Assembly (NCBI GenBank): GCA_963727625.1 | Contig: CAVSHR010000005.1 | Span: forward strand, 736,001-800,000 | Direction: 5' to 3' | From: an uncultured delta proteobacterium | GTDB lineage: Bacteria; Desulfobacterota; Binatia; UBA9968 | Length of the DNA: 64,000 nt | In this document: in pieces, positions 9,366 to 21,800 of the stretch | Position numbering within the stretch: position 1 is the stretch's first letter | How the letters are laid out: the number at the start of each line of letters is the position of its first letter | Notes under the pieces: model-generated | The model's database searches: none | What the model was told of the DNA's origin: nothing | Seen by the model: only the letters and a program-made list of their open reading frames with translations | Translations under genes and position numbers: made by a program

Positions 9366-11180
9366 ATGAAAAGACCGTTAGGTCGAAGTCTTAGCGCGTG
9401 CTTGGCGGACGCTTGGTTCGGCGGCACAACGCTCACACTCAAGCCGATTCGCGCGCTGATCGACGCCAGCGCAAAGCTGGGCAAAGGCGACCTGAGCACC
9501 CGTACCGCCATGGAACAGCTTCGTGGCGGGATCGGCCAATTAGCCGGCGCGATCGATCAGATGGCCGACGCGATTCAGGTTCGCGACGCCGAACGCATAA
9601 AATCCCAGCAAACCCGCGCCCTGCTTGCCGCCATCGTGGAATCTTCCAGTGACGCCATCATCAGCCGCACCCATGAGGGCATCTGCACGAGTTGGAACAA
9701 GGGCGCGCAAGATCTTTTCGGCTATAGCGCCGACGAAATAATCGGCAATTCACTTATGGTCCTGGTGCCCGAGGATCAGGTGGATCGGGTGCTGCAAAAC
9801 TTCGACATAGTCAAGCGCGGCAGTCCTATCGACTCATACGAAGCGGTGCGAATCAGAAAAAATGGTACCACAGTCGACGTTTCAGTTACCGTATCGGCCA
9901 TCATCGCCGAAGACGGCAGGGTTATCGGCGCCGCTTCGATCATGCGAGACATCAGCGAGCACAAGCGCTCCGAACGCGAGCTGCGCGCGCTGCACGAAAT
10001 TAATTTGGCGATCTCGTCGACCCTGGACCGGCAAGCGATATTGCAGATTTTACTGGAAAAGATCGAATTGCTGCTTCCCTACTCCGCCAGCCACATCAGA
10101 CTGGTCAATGAAGCCACTGGAAAACTCACGCCCGTGGCCTGCCGCAACTTGGACGAGACAGCGTGGAAGGCAGGCGACTCACCATCGGAGGGTTCGATTC
10201 TAAACTGGATCCTTCGGTCTCGACAGCCTGTAGTCTTGCGCAATTTGCACGCCGAAAAGCGGTTTCGGCGCCCGGAATTCTATCACCAGCAAGGGTTAGT
10301 TTCCTACCTCGGCCTGCCGTTGATGGTCAACGAAGAAGCAATCGGCGTGCTATCGCTTTTGACTAAAGAAGAACACGAGTTTACCCAGGACGAGATCCGC
10401 TTCGCCCAAACTTTGGCCAAGCAAGCGAGCATCGTCATATACCATTCCCAACTTTACGAGGAAACCAAAAGTCTCGCGGAAAAGCTGGAGGTGGGCGGCG
10501 AGCACATTCGAGCGCTGGCCAGTGGGCTGATACGCGCGCGCGACGAAGAAGCTAGACGCATCGCGAACATCTTGCATGACGAGTCCGGGCAGATCCTGGC
10601 CATGGTCTACATCTCGTTGGATGAGTTGGCGAAAGGACTCTCCGACTCCGACCGAGAACGGGTGCAAAGGATCAAGAATTTGTTGGATGAGATCGAGAAT
10701 CGGCTGCGCGATCTTTCCCACAACCTTCATCCCGCCCTGCTCGATCATTTGGGGTTGGCGCCCAGTCTCGAAAATCTCGCCGCTCAGATTTCCAAACGCT
10801 CTGGAATTCAGACCATGATTCATAGTCAATTGAACGGGCGGCTCCCGCCGCCGTTGGAACTGACCCTCTACCGCGTCCTCCAGGAAGCGATTAGCAACGC
10901 GGTCCGCCACTCGCGCGGGAAAACGATCCGGGTCCGACTCTTGGAAAACAACGGGCTGGTCCAGTGCGCGATTCAGGACGATGGCATCGGCTTTCAGTCC
11001 GCCAGTCTCGCCCACGGCAGCAAACCGATGACCCGCGGCCTCGGCATTCCCGGCATGCGCGAGCGAATCGAAGCCATAGGCGGAACCTTTCAGATCCTTT
11101 CCAGCCCGGGCGAAGGAACCAAATTGTATCTATCCATTCCACTGGAGAAACCCAATGACGCAGCGAATCCTGATTGCTGA
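9366..11180 (+). CDS. Sensor histidine kinase, HAMP-PAS-GAF-HisKA_3-HATPase (NarX/UhpB type)
   Basis: HAMP-like N-terminus, PAS (AIVESSSDAIIS...SWNKGAQ), GAF, EEARRIANILHDESGQ, YRVLQEAISNAVRH, DDGIGF, GLGIPGMRER. Confidence 0.9.
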   Translation: MKRPLGRSLSACLADAWFGGTTLTLKPIRALIDASAKLGKGDLSTRTAMEQLRGGIGQLAGAIDQMADAIQVRDAERIKSQQTRALLAAIVESSSDAIISRTHEGICTSWNKGAQDLFGYSADEIIGNSLMVLVPEDQVDRVLQNFDIVKRGSPIDSYEAVRIRKNGTTVDVSVTVSAIIAEDGRVIGAASIMRDISEHKRSERELRALHEINLAISSTLDRQAILQILLEKIELLLPYSASHIRLVNEATGKLTPVACRNLDETAWKAGDSPSEGSILNWILRSRQPVVLRNLHAEKRFRRPEFYHQQGLVSYLGLPLMVNEEAIGVLSLLTKEEHEFTQDEIRFAQTLAKQASIVIYHSQLYEETKSLAEKLEVGGEHIRALASGLIRARDEEARRIANILHDESGQILAMVYISLDELAKGLSDSDRERVQRIKNLLDEIENRLRDLSHNLHPALLDHLGLAPSLENLAAQISKRSGIQTMIHSQLNGRLPPPLELTLYRVLQEAISNAVRHSRGKTIRVRLLENNGLVQCAIQDDGIGFQSASLAHGSKPMTRGLGIPGMRERIEAIGGTFQILSSPGEGTKLYLSIPLEKPNDAANPDC

Positions 11181-11787
11181 TGATCACACCATTGTCAGAG
11201 ACGGCCTGAAGGGCGTTTTGCTCGGCCAAGGTTTCGAGATCGCGGCCGAGGCATCAAACGGACGCGAAGCCGTGGACTTGAGCCGCAAGCTGCGTCCGCA
11301 CATCGCCATCTTGGACATTGCGATGCCGCTTCTCAACGGTATCGACGCGGCGCGGGAAATCGCCGGCGCCTGCCCGAACACGAAAACTATTCTACTGACC
11401 ATGTACAAAGAGAGGCAGTTCATTCTCGAGGCCTTGCGCGCCGGCATCAAAGGCTACGTGCTAAAAACCCAGGCCGCCGCCGATCTCGTCAACGCGATCC
11501 ACGCGGCGCTGGCAGGCGAAACTTATCTCAGCCCGGGGGTTTCCGACAGCATCGTGCAGGCCGCGCTGACCAAGGACTCGCCGGCCCTCGACCCGTTGAC
11601 TCCACGGGAACGGGAAGTTTTGCAGTTGATTGCCGAAGGGAAAAGCAACAAGGAGGTTTCCCAGCAGCTCGGGATGAGCGTAAAAACCGTCGAATCCCAT
11701 CGGCGCAACGTGATGACCAAACTCGATATTCATGAAACCGCAGGCTTGGTTAGACACGCGATCAAAATCGGTCTCATCCCTCCATAA
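11155..11787 (+). CDS. NarL/FixJ-family DNA-binding response regulator
   Basis: ILIADDH, LDIAMP, LTPREREVLQLIAEGKSNKE LuxR HTH. Overlaps the upstream HisKA_3 kinase, so is the probable cognate. Confidence 0.93.
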   Translation: MTQRILIADDHTIVRDGLKGVLLGQGFEIAAEASNGREAVDLSRKLRPHIAILDIAMPLLNGIDAAREIAGACPNTKTILLTMYKERQFILEALRAGIKGYVLKTQAAADLVNAIHAALAGETYLSPGVSDSIVQAALTKDSPALDPLTPREREVLQLIAEGKSNKEVSQQLGMSVKTVESHRRNVMTKLDIHETAGLVRHAIKIGLIPP

Positions 11788-11936
11788 TCCCCGCCATCAA
11801 TCCCCGATCCGCTCCATCCGTGGGGTGTTTTATTGCAAGATCTAAGGTTTTTACCCGATATCACTCCCCTAACCGATAGTCTACGCTTTTTATCGGCGGA
11901 TCGGCACTGGGGCCAATCATCGCCAGCGAGGGAGTT

Positions 11937-12734
11937 ATGACCGCGACGATAGTGACCGTGGATGACGATCGGAGTTTCCGCGATATTGTGAGGGGACTGC
12001 TGCGCCAAGACGCCGGAATCACGTTAATCGGCGAAGCAGAGAACGGCGAGGAAGCCGTGCGCCAGACGCGCGCGCTTCATCCGGACGTGGTTCTGATGGA
12101 CCTTACCATGCCGCGGGTCAACGGCTTCGATGCGACTCGGAGAATCAAAGCGTACCAGCCGCAAACTAGAGTCATCATCCTGACTGTTCATGCCGAATAC
12201 GACTATGAACAAGCGGCGCTCGGCAACGGTGCCGACGCCTTTATCGCCAAAAAGCGGCTGAGTTCGGATCTGCTGCCGACCATTCACGCCTTGACGGAGC
12301 CGAAGCGACCCGAATCGGCAGCGCAGGATGAAGACTTGGATGCCATCCTCTTGATCGATAACGACAGCGAGTTTCGCGGTCTGACCGCGGCTTACCTTCG
12401 CGCCAACTTGAATACGGTGATCGAAGAATGCGCCAGCAACGAAGCCCAGACCCTGACGTTGCCCGCCGGCTTGAAGCCCAGAGTCGTTGTGGTCGATGCT
12501 GCGCACGACAACGCGAAATTTCTGAACGGCCTGCGCGGGCGTTTCCCGGTTTTTGGCATTATCGCGCTTACCTCCGGCAACTCTGCAAGATTCAAAGAAT
12601 CCGCCCTGGCGCCGGGGGCCGATGCCTGGGTCGCCAGGAATCGAATCACCATCGACCTTATTCCGGCAATCAGGGCATTGATCCCCTTTCCGTCGAAATT
12701 GGACCGGGCTCTCTATATAGCGGACGAGCTTTAA
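11937..12734 (+). CDS. Tandem-receiver response regulator (canonical REC + divergent REC, no HTH)
   Basis: First REC VDDD...LMDLTMP...LT...IAK; second ILLIDND...VVVVD...LT...WVAR. GGGAG SD before ATG. Confidence 0.85.
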   Translation: MTATIVTVDDDRSFRDIVRGLLRQDAGITLIGEAENGEEAVRQTRALHPDVVLMDLTMPRVNGFDATRRIKAYQPQTRVIILTVHAEYDYEQAALGNGADAFIAKKRLSSDLLPTIHALTEPKRPESAAQDEDLDAILLIDNDSEFRGLTAAYLRANLNTVIEECASNEAQTLTLPAGLKPRVVVVDAAHDNAKFLNGLRGRFPVFGIIALTSGNSARFKESALAPGADAWVARNRITIDLIPAIRALIPFPSKLDRALYIADEL

Positions 12735-12980
12735 ATTTATCGTCAACGGCAGTTGCGAAGGGAAATAAATTGCTTACGGGCAAAACAAACGTTAGCGATT
12801 TTTTTGGATCGGCTCAGCAATCTGCTTGTCAAACACGGAAGGAAAAATTGGCCGGCCATCACCGCGCTCGCTTTTATTCTACGCGGCGCGGCCGTCTGAC
12901 TGAAACAATCGATGTCGTCCAAGCCGCTACCGGAAAATCAGCGACGCGGTGGCAGCGGCGCAAGAGCTTGAAAATCGACG

Positions 12981-15107
<2,127 letters not shown>

Positions 15108-15145
15108 ATTTTGATTATCGCGGAACCCGAGCTCGGAGGGCAATT

Positions 15146-15538
15146 ATGGCGCCGGAGTCTGTCTTGATCGTCGACGACAATGTGGTTAACACAAAACTCG
15201 TTCGCGTCCTGTTGGCGGGAGAAGGCTACGAGGTGCGCACGGCCGGCGACGCCGACGAAGCATTGCAAGTTCTGCACCGGTTTCATCCGGGGCTGATTCT
15301 CATGGATATCCAATTGCCGGGCATCGACGGCATCGAGCTGATTCGACGCCTGAAAGCGGAGCCTGCGACGCGCGACATCCCGGTCATCGCACTGACGGCC
15401 TACGCGATGAAAGGCGATAGGGAACGCATCATCGCCGTCGGTTGCGCCGGCTATATTTCTAAGCCGATCGACACGCGGGCTTTGCCCATTTTCATCAAGG
15501 GATATTTGCAAAGAACGGCACCCAAAAGCGGCCATTAG
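15146..15538 (+). CDS. Single-domain response regulator (DivK/CheY-like)
   Basis: GGAGG SD then MAPESVLIVDDN; LILMDIQLPGIDG, IPVIALTAYAMKGDRE, YISKPID. Confidence 0.9.
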   Translation: MAPESVLIVDDNVVNTKLVRVLLAGEGYEVRTAGDADEALQVLHRFHPGLILMDIQLPGIDGIELIRRLKAEPATRDIPVIALTAYAMKGDRERIIAVGCAGYISKPIDTRALPIFIKGYLQRTAPKSGH

Positions 15539-15971
15539 TAGGCATTCGAGCAACCCTCGCCGCAGCACAGGACGCGCAATCGGTCGTAAAACTCCTCTCA
15601 GCGTACTCAACCTAGCTCCAGATCATAGACAAGAGGGTACTTGCGGCGCGCCTATCCAAGACTGAGCTCATTGCTGGACCTACCCGCGGGATCGGGTCTG
15701 GAACCGAAATTGCTCAAAAATCAGATGGTCCGAAAATGAGACTTGGTACGACGAGAAAAATTAAGACAATTTTGGCAATGCCGGGAAATTGTTCGCCCGT
15801 AATGGGACTTTGGCGTAGGTTACAAAATGGCTGGTTGCGAGCGAAATTTTGAAACATTGTCCAGCGCCGACGCCAACTGTCCAGTGGATTGCGTGAATTT
15901 ATCAAGAACCTCTATCGAGCCGATGACTACCGGCCTCGCAAACGCGGCCGCTGGAGGAGACGGCTAGCGCC

Positions 15972-18806
15972 TTGCCAATTCTCGCTCAAGATCGGCGCGC
16001 CGCCGCTTACCTCGACTACAGCATCCTCGCTTCGTCGGTGTTGTCGGCGGCCCTGGGACTTTTGAGCACCGCCGAATGGTACAGCGGCAACACGGCTCTG
16101 CTAAAAATTCTTGCCGGGGCGGTCGCCCTGCAACCCATCACGGCCATCGGCTTCATACTCTGCGGCGCGGCCCTGTTTACGGCGCAACGCGGCGCGCGTG
16201 GGGCTACGTTGCTAATCGGCGCCGGCACCGGTTTGTTGGGATTAGTGACTATCTCGGAGTATCTCATCGGCTTCGATCTGCGCATCAACGAAGCTCTCTT
16301 GGGAATAACCTCCGGTCCGGTAGCCGCCGACCTCGCCCGAATGGCGCCATCGACGGCACTATGTTTTCTTTTTGCCGGAACGGCATTCTCCCTCGCATCC
16401 CTTGGCGAAAACGCGCCAATCCAGCCGATGTTCGTCGGTTTGCTGGGCGGCGTCCTTTTCAGTATCGGAGCGATCGCCTTTGCCGGCTACTTGACCGGCC
16501 TCAGCGCCACCTATGAATGGGATCAGCTCAACGGCATGGCACTGCCCACAGCAATGGGGTTTGTAACCGTGGGAGGCGGTTTGGTCGCCCTCGGCTGGCG
16601 CCATGGAAGCGGTGTGGCAAACAGGTCGCTGCCCTGGCTGCCTCTATTCGTGGGCGTTAGCGGCCTGACGGCGACGCTGATCCTCTGGCATGCTCTTCTC
16701 GCCTCGGAGGATTCGAAAATCCACCAGCTCATCCGCAACCAGGAAATCAATGTCCATAATCGAATCACGTTGAACATCAACTCGACCCTGTTTGAGTTGA
16801 TGCGCAGCGCCACGCGTTGGCAACGCTTCAATCTCGAGTCCCCCGCGCGAATCCAAGACGAGGCGGGACTGCTCATTCAGTGGCTGCGCGGCTTGCGCGC
16901 CATCGGCTGGCTCGACGAAAATAACCGCTTACGCTGGATTATCCCAAAAGGAGAATACCCAACGCTGGTCGGCGCCGATCTGAGCGCTGATCCGCATAAT
17001 CAGGCGGCGCTGGAAACCGCGCGCGCCGAAGGAATGGCACTGATCGCGGCGCCCGATGGAACGCCGGGCAGCGATCGATATTTCATCTACGCGCCGATCT
17101 CCGACAAACGGAAATCTCGCGGCTTCATGATCGGCATTTTCCATGCCCAAGAATTGTTCGACCAGCTAATCGACGATGAAGCTTTCATCGGTTACTCGAT
17201 CGAATTGTTTGACGGCGGTCAGGAAATCTATCAGCGCAGAGGCTCCGACTCGCAATACCGTGCTTGGGCCGAGGAGTCGTTGATATCGCTTGGTAAGATA
17301 ACCTGGACCGTCCGGGTTTGGGCCAAGCCGTCCACAATGGCCGCCATGGACTCCAACGCGGATCTGCTGGCGCTGCTGATCGGCCTGTTGGCCACCGCGC
17401 TAATTACCGCCGTCACCTATCTAGCCCAGAGCGCGCGGCGGCGTGCCCGGCAAGCCCAGGCAGCCAACGACCGGTTGGAAAGCGAGATCGCCGAGCGCCG
17501 GCGCGCCCAAGAGCAAATCCAATTACAGTTGGAACGAATATCGATCCTGCGGGAAATCAATCTGGCGGCGACGTCGACTCTAAGCCTCCAGCCGATGTTG
17601 AATTTGCTGCTGGAGACCATCCAGCGCCTGCTGCCTTACAGCGCACTGCTGGTTTGGCTCAAGGACCCGGTCAGCGGCGACTGGAAGCGCGCCGCCTGCC
17701 GCAACCTGGATGAAGAGGACTGGATGGGCAGAGCGCTCCCAGCGGTCCCGAAACTCGTGCTCGCCGCCGCGGAATCCAAGAATGCCGTCGTCATCAGCGA
17801 TATCCGGAGCGACCCGAGAACCCTCGATCGCGCCTTTTATCAACGGAACGGGTTGATTTCCTACCTCGGCGTCCCGCTGCTGACCAAAGGCGAGACCTTG
17901 GGGTTGCTGGTCTTTCTGACCCGCGCGGCGCACGAATTCACCGAAGACGAAGTCCAATTTCTCTCTTCGGTGGCGAGCCAAGCGGCCGTGGCCATACACA
18001 ACTCGCAGCTCTACGAGAAAATCCAGACACAAGCGCGTGCGCTCGAAGAAGCCAACAAGCTTCAGGCAGATTTTACCGCGATGATCGCCCATGATTTACG
18101 CTCGCCGCTCTCTAACGTCATCGGCATCGCCGAGATGATGGACCAGGGGCTTTTCGGACCGCTTTCGGAAGAACAAAAGAACTGGCTTGGCCGCATGCGC
18201 AATAACGCCAAGAATCTCGTCAGCTTGGTGAGCGACTTTCTCGACGTATCCAAGCTCGAAAGCGGGCGTATCGAACTGCATCGGGCTTTAACCGACGTCG
18301 CCGACCTTGCCTGCGCGACGGTCGCAAACTATAAGTCTGTCGCGGCAGCCAAGATGATCGCCTTGACCTACAGCGGCGACCCGTCGATCCCCCATATAGA
18401 GGTCGACGCGCGGCGGCTCGATCAGGTGATCACCAATTTGATCACCAACGCGATCAAGTTCACCAATGAAGGCGGCAGGATTCAAGTGCGCGTCCTACCC
18501 GGCCAAGAAAAAGAAATAAGGATCGAAATCCAGGACAGCGGCGTCGGCATTCCCCGCGCCGAAATCGCCAAGCTATTTCAAAAGTACCGCCAGGCGGATA
18601 ACGCGCGCGCTCTCGCCGATAAGGGCACGGGATTGGGCTTGGTGATCTGCAAGATGATCGTCGAAGCCCACGGCGGGAGAATTTGGATCGACAGCGACGA
18701 GGGGAAAGGCACCACTTTCTCATTTACTTTGCCGATCGGGAACAACCTGCAAGCTATTCCCGAAGGGGAGAGCCTCAACCCAGCCAGTGAAGAACTAAGG
18801 TCTTAA
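15972..18806 (+). CDS. Membrane sensor histidine kinase: multi-TM N-terminus, CHASE-like periplasmic domain, GAF, HisKA, HATPase
   Basis: GGAGGAG SD with TTG start; ~7 hydrophobic segments; periplasmic region ending WTVRVW plus TM; GAF; AHDLRSPL; NAIKFT; GTGLGL. Confidence 0.88.
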   Translation: MPILAQDRRAAAYLDYSILASSVLSAALGLLSTAEWYSGNTALLKILAGAVALQPITAIGFILCGAALFTAQRGARGATLLIGAGTGLLGLVTISEYLIGFDLRINEALLGITSGPVAADLARMAPSTALCFLFAGTAFSLASLGENAPIQPMFVGLLGGVLFSIGAIAFAGYLTGLSATYEWDQLNGMALPTAMGFVTVGGGLVALGWRHGSGVANRSLPWLPLFVGVSGLTATLILWHALLASEDSKIHQLIRNQEINVHNRITLNINSTLFELMRSATRWQRFNLESPARIQDEAGLLIQWLRGLRAIGWLDENNRLRWIIPKGEYPTLVGADLSADPHNQAALETARAEGMALIAAPDGTPGSDRYFIYAPISDKRKSRGFMIGIFHAQELFDQLIDDEAFIGYSIELFDGGQEIYQRRGSDSQYRAWAEESLISLGKITWTVRVWAKPSTMAAMDSNADLLALLIGLLATALITAVTYLAQSARRRARQAQAANDRLESEIAERRRAQEQIQLQLERISILREINLAATSTLSLQPMLNLLLETIQRLLPYSALLVWLKDPVSGDWKRAACRNLDEEDWMGRALPAVPKLVLAAAESKNAVVISDIRSDPRTLDRAFYQRNGLISYLGVPLLTKGETLGLLVFLTRAAHEFTEDEVQFLSSVASQAAVAIHNSQLYEKIQTQARALEEANKLQADFTAMIAHDLRSPLSNVIGIAEMMDQGLFGPLSEEQKNWLGRMRNNAKNLVSLVSDFLDVSKLESGRIELHRALTDVADLACATVANYKSVAAAKMIALTYSGDPSIPHIEVDARRLDQVITNLITNAIKFTNEGGRIQVRVLPGQEKEIRIEIQDSGVGIPRAEIAKLFQKYRQADNARALADKGTGLGLVICKMIVEAHGGRIWIDSDEGKGTTFSFTLPIGNNLQAIPEGESLNPASEELRS

Positions 18807-18807
18807 C

Positions 18808-21800
18808 ATGAAGATTCTGGTCGCCGACGACGATTCGATCAACCGCAAATACCTCCATGCTCTGCTCAGCCATGAAGGACATACGGTTATCGAATGCGAC
18901 AATGGCCTGGCCACCCTCGCCTGGCTTGAAAAAAACCCCTGCGACGCAGTGATTTCAGATGTGCTGATGCCGCAAATGGACGGCTACCGGCTATGCTATG
19001 AAATTCGCACGAATAAAAATCTCAAAAACACTCCGGTCATTCTCTACTCCGCAACTTATCTCTCGGCCGCCGATGAGAAAGCGGCGATGGCGATGGGTGC
19101 CGATAAATTTATGCGCAAACCCGCGCTGCCGGAACAGATCCTCGAAGCACTCAACGAGGCGATCGAGAAGCCCCGCACTGAGCATTCGGAAGCGCCGCCA
19201 GAAAAACCTGGAGACATGCCCGCGCTGCGGGAGTACAGCGAATCGCTGGTGCGGAAACTCGAGGAAACCATCATCGAGCTCTCGGTCGCCAACGCCGCAT
19301 TGGCGGAAAACGAGCGCCGCCGGCGCGCGATCATCGAGTCCGAACCCGAGTGCGTCAAGATTCTTGCTCGTGACGGAACTCTTTTGGAAATGAACCCCGC
19401 CGGCCTGCGTATGTTCGAAGCCAATTCAGCGGAGCCGGTGATCGGAAAAAAGGTCTACCCGTTGATCGTTCCAGAGCACCGTCGCTCCTTTCAGGAACTC
19501 ACCGAAGCCGTGTTTCGGGGCGAATCGGGTACCCTTGAATTCGAGATCCTCGGACTCAAAGGCACGCGCCGCTGGCTTGATACCCATACCGCGCCCCTGC
19601 GCAATTCCAATAGCGAGATCGTCGCCGCCCTCGGTATTACGCGCGATATCACCGAACAAAAGCATAACGCAACGCTCTTGAGCGGCCAGATGCGCGTTCT
19701 CGAAATGATCGCCCGGGGTGCGCCCCTGCCCGCGACGCTCGACGCGTTACTGCGTGTGATCGAAGAGCAATCCAGCGACATGCTCTGCTCGATTCTTTTG
19801 CTCGACGCCGAAGGCAAACACCTGCGGTATGGCGCTGCGCCGCGGCTTCCGGAGCGTTACCAGCAGGCCATCGACGGCGCCGCTATCGGCGAAGGCACCG
19901 GCTCCTGCGGTAGCGCAGTCTATCGGCGGGAACAGGTCATCGTCGAAGACATCACGAGCGATCCGTTGTGGCAGGACTGCCGGCAGATTGCGCTGGCCCA
20001 TGGTCTGCGCGCCTGCTGGTCGACACCGATCTTCGACGCCCAGCAGCGGGTGCTCGGCAGCTTCGCGATGTATTTTCATGCGCCGCGCCGGCCCGAGGAA
20101 CAGTACTCAAGACTGACAGACATCGCCACCCGCATCGCCGCCATCGCGATTAGCAAACAACGCGAAGAAGACGCGCTGCGCGAAAGTGAATCTCGCTTCC
20201 GCGAGATGGCGGATAGTGCCCCTGTGATGATCTGGATTACGAGCGCGGACGGCTCCTGCACCTACCTCAATAAGCAATGGCAGGATTTTACCGGCCAAAC
20301 CGATGAAACCGGCTTGGGTTCAGGATGGCTGGATGCTCTGCATCCGAATGACCGCGAGCGTGCCGGCCGGGAATTCGCGGACGCAAATCGCCGCCATGAA
20401 TCATTTCGTATGGAATTTCGATTGCGCCGGCGTGAAGGCGAGCATCGTTGGGTGATCGACTCGGCGCAGCCGCGCCTGAGTGAGCGCGGTGAATTTCTCG
20501 GTTATATCGGATCGGTTTTCGATATCAGTGAACGCAAGCAGGCGGAAGACGAGCGGCAACGAAGCCTCAATCGGGTTCGCGCCCTGCATGAAATCAATCT
20601 GGCCATCACGTCAACGATGAACCGGCAAAGCCAGCTCGATATGCTGCTGGAAAAGATCGAGAGCTTCTTCGCCTTCCCGATTGTTTCATCGATGCGTTTG
20701 TTCCGACCAGAAACGGGACGGCTCGAGTGCCTCGCCCAGCGCGGAGTCATAGTAAGCGAATGGCTTAGCCGCGAGCCGGGGCGAACCCTCCACCGGGCAT
20801 TGCAGGTCGTCCAGAATAAGGCGCCCGTGATCGTCCCCGATATCCACAGTGATGTCCACGCAAAAGATCGACCCATGCCCGCGAGTTTCGGTCTAGTCTC
20901 CTACGCCGGCGTGCCGCTGATCGCGCGCGATCAAGTCATCGGCGTGCTCGGCGTCTATACCCAGGAGCTCCACGAGTTCAGCGCCGAAGAGATCGAATTC
21001 CTGACGACCTTGGCGGGACAGGCCGCAGTCGCCCTCGAAAACGCGCAGCTCTATGAGCAAACCGTACGGCGCCGGCGCGAGGCGGAAGCGCTGGCGAAAA
21101 TCGCCCGCTCGCTGACCGAGACCCTCGACATCAGCGCCATAGGCGAACGAGTCGTCAGCAGCGTAATGGAATTGTTTAACGTAAAGGGCGCGACGCTGCG
21201 GCTGCGCCAGCCCGACGGCTCTTTGATTCGTCTCGCCGCGGCGGGCGATGTATTTTCACAGATCCCAGGCGGTGCGGTCATACCGCCGGCAACAGGCATC
21301 GCCGGCCTCGCCTTCGCTGAACGCAAGCCCATTGCGTCCGCTGACATGCTGAACGACCCCGCCATTCAGGTAAGCGAGGCGATGCGTGATTACATCCGCT
21401 CGAGCGGCAACGGTTCGATCCTCGCTGCGCCGCTGAGCGCCCGTGAGAATCTCATCGGCATACTTTCCCTCACCGATACGGTTGGGCGCAGCTATATGGA
21501 CAACGAAGTAGCGCTGTTGCAAAGTTTCGCCGATCAAGTCGCGCTGGCGCTTTACAACGCGCAGCTCTATAAGGAATCCGAAAACCATCTCAAGCAGGTG
21601 CAAGCGCTGCGCGAGATCGAACGAGCGATTACCTCCACTTTGGATCTCGATTCCGTTCTCCACCTATTGTTAGAGAAAATTGATGTATTTCTGCCGTCCT
21701 CGGCGGTCACGACCATCCGCCTATTCAATCACAACACCGGAAAGTTTGATGACACCGCTTGTCGCAACCTTGACGAGAAAGCATGGCGCGGCAGGGCCAG

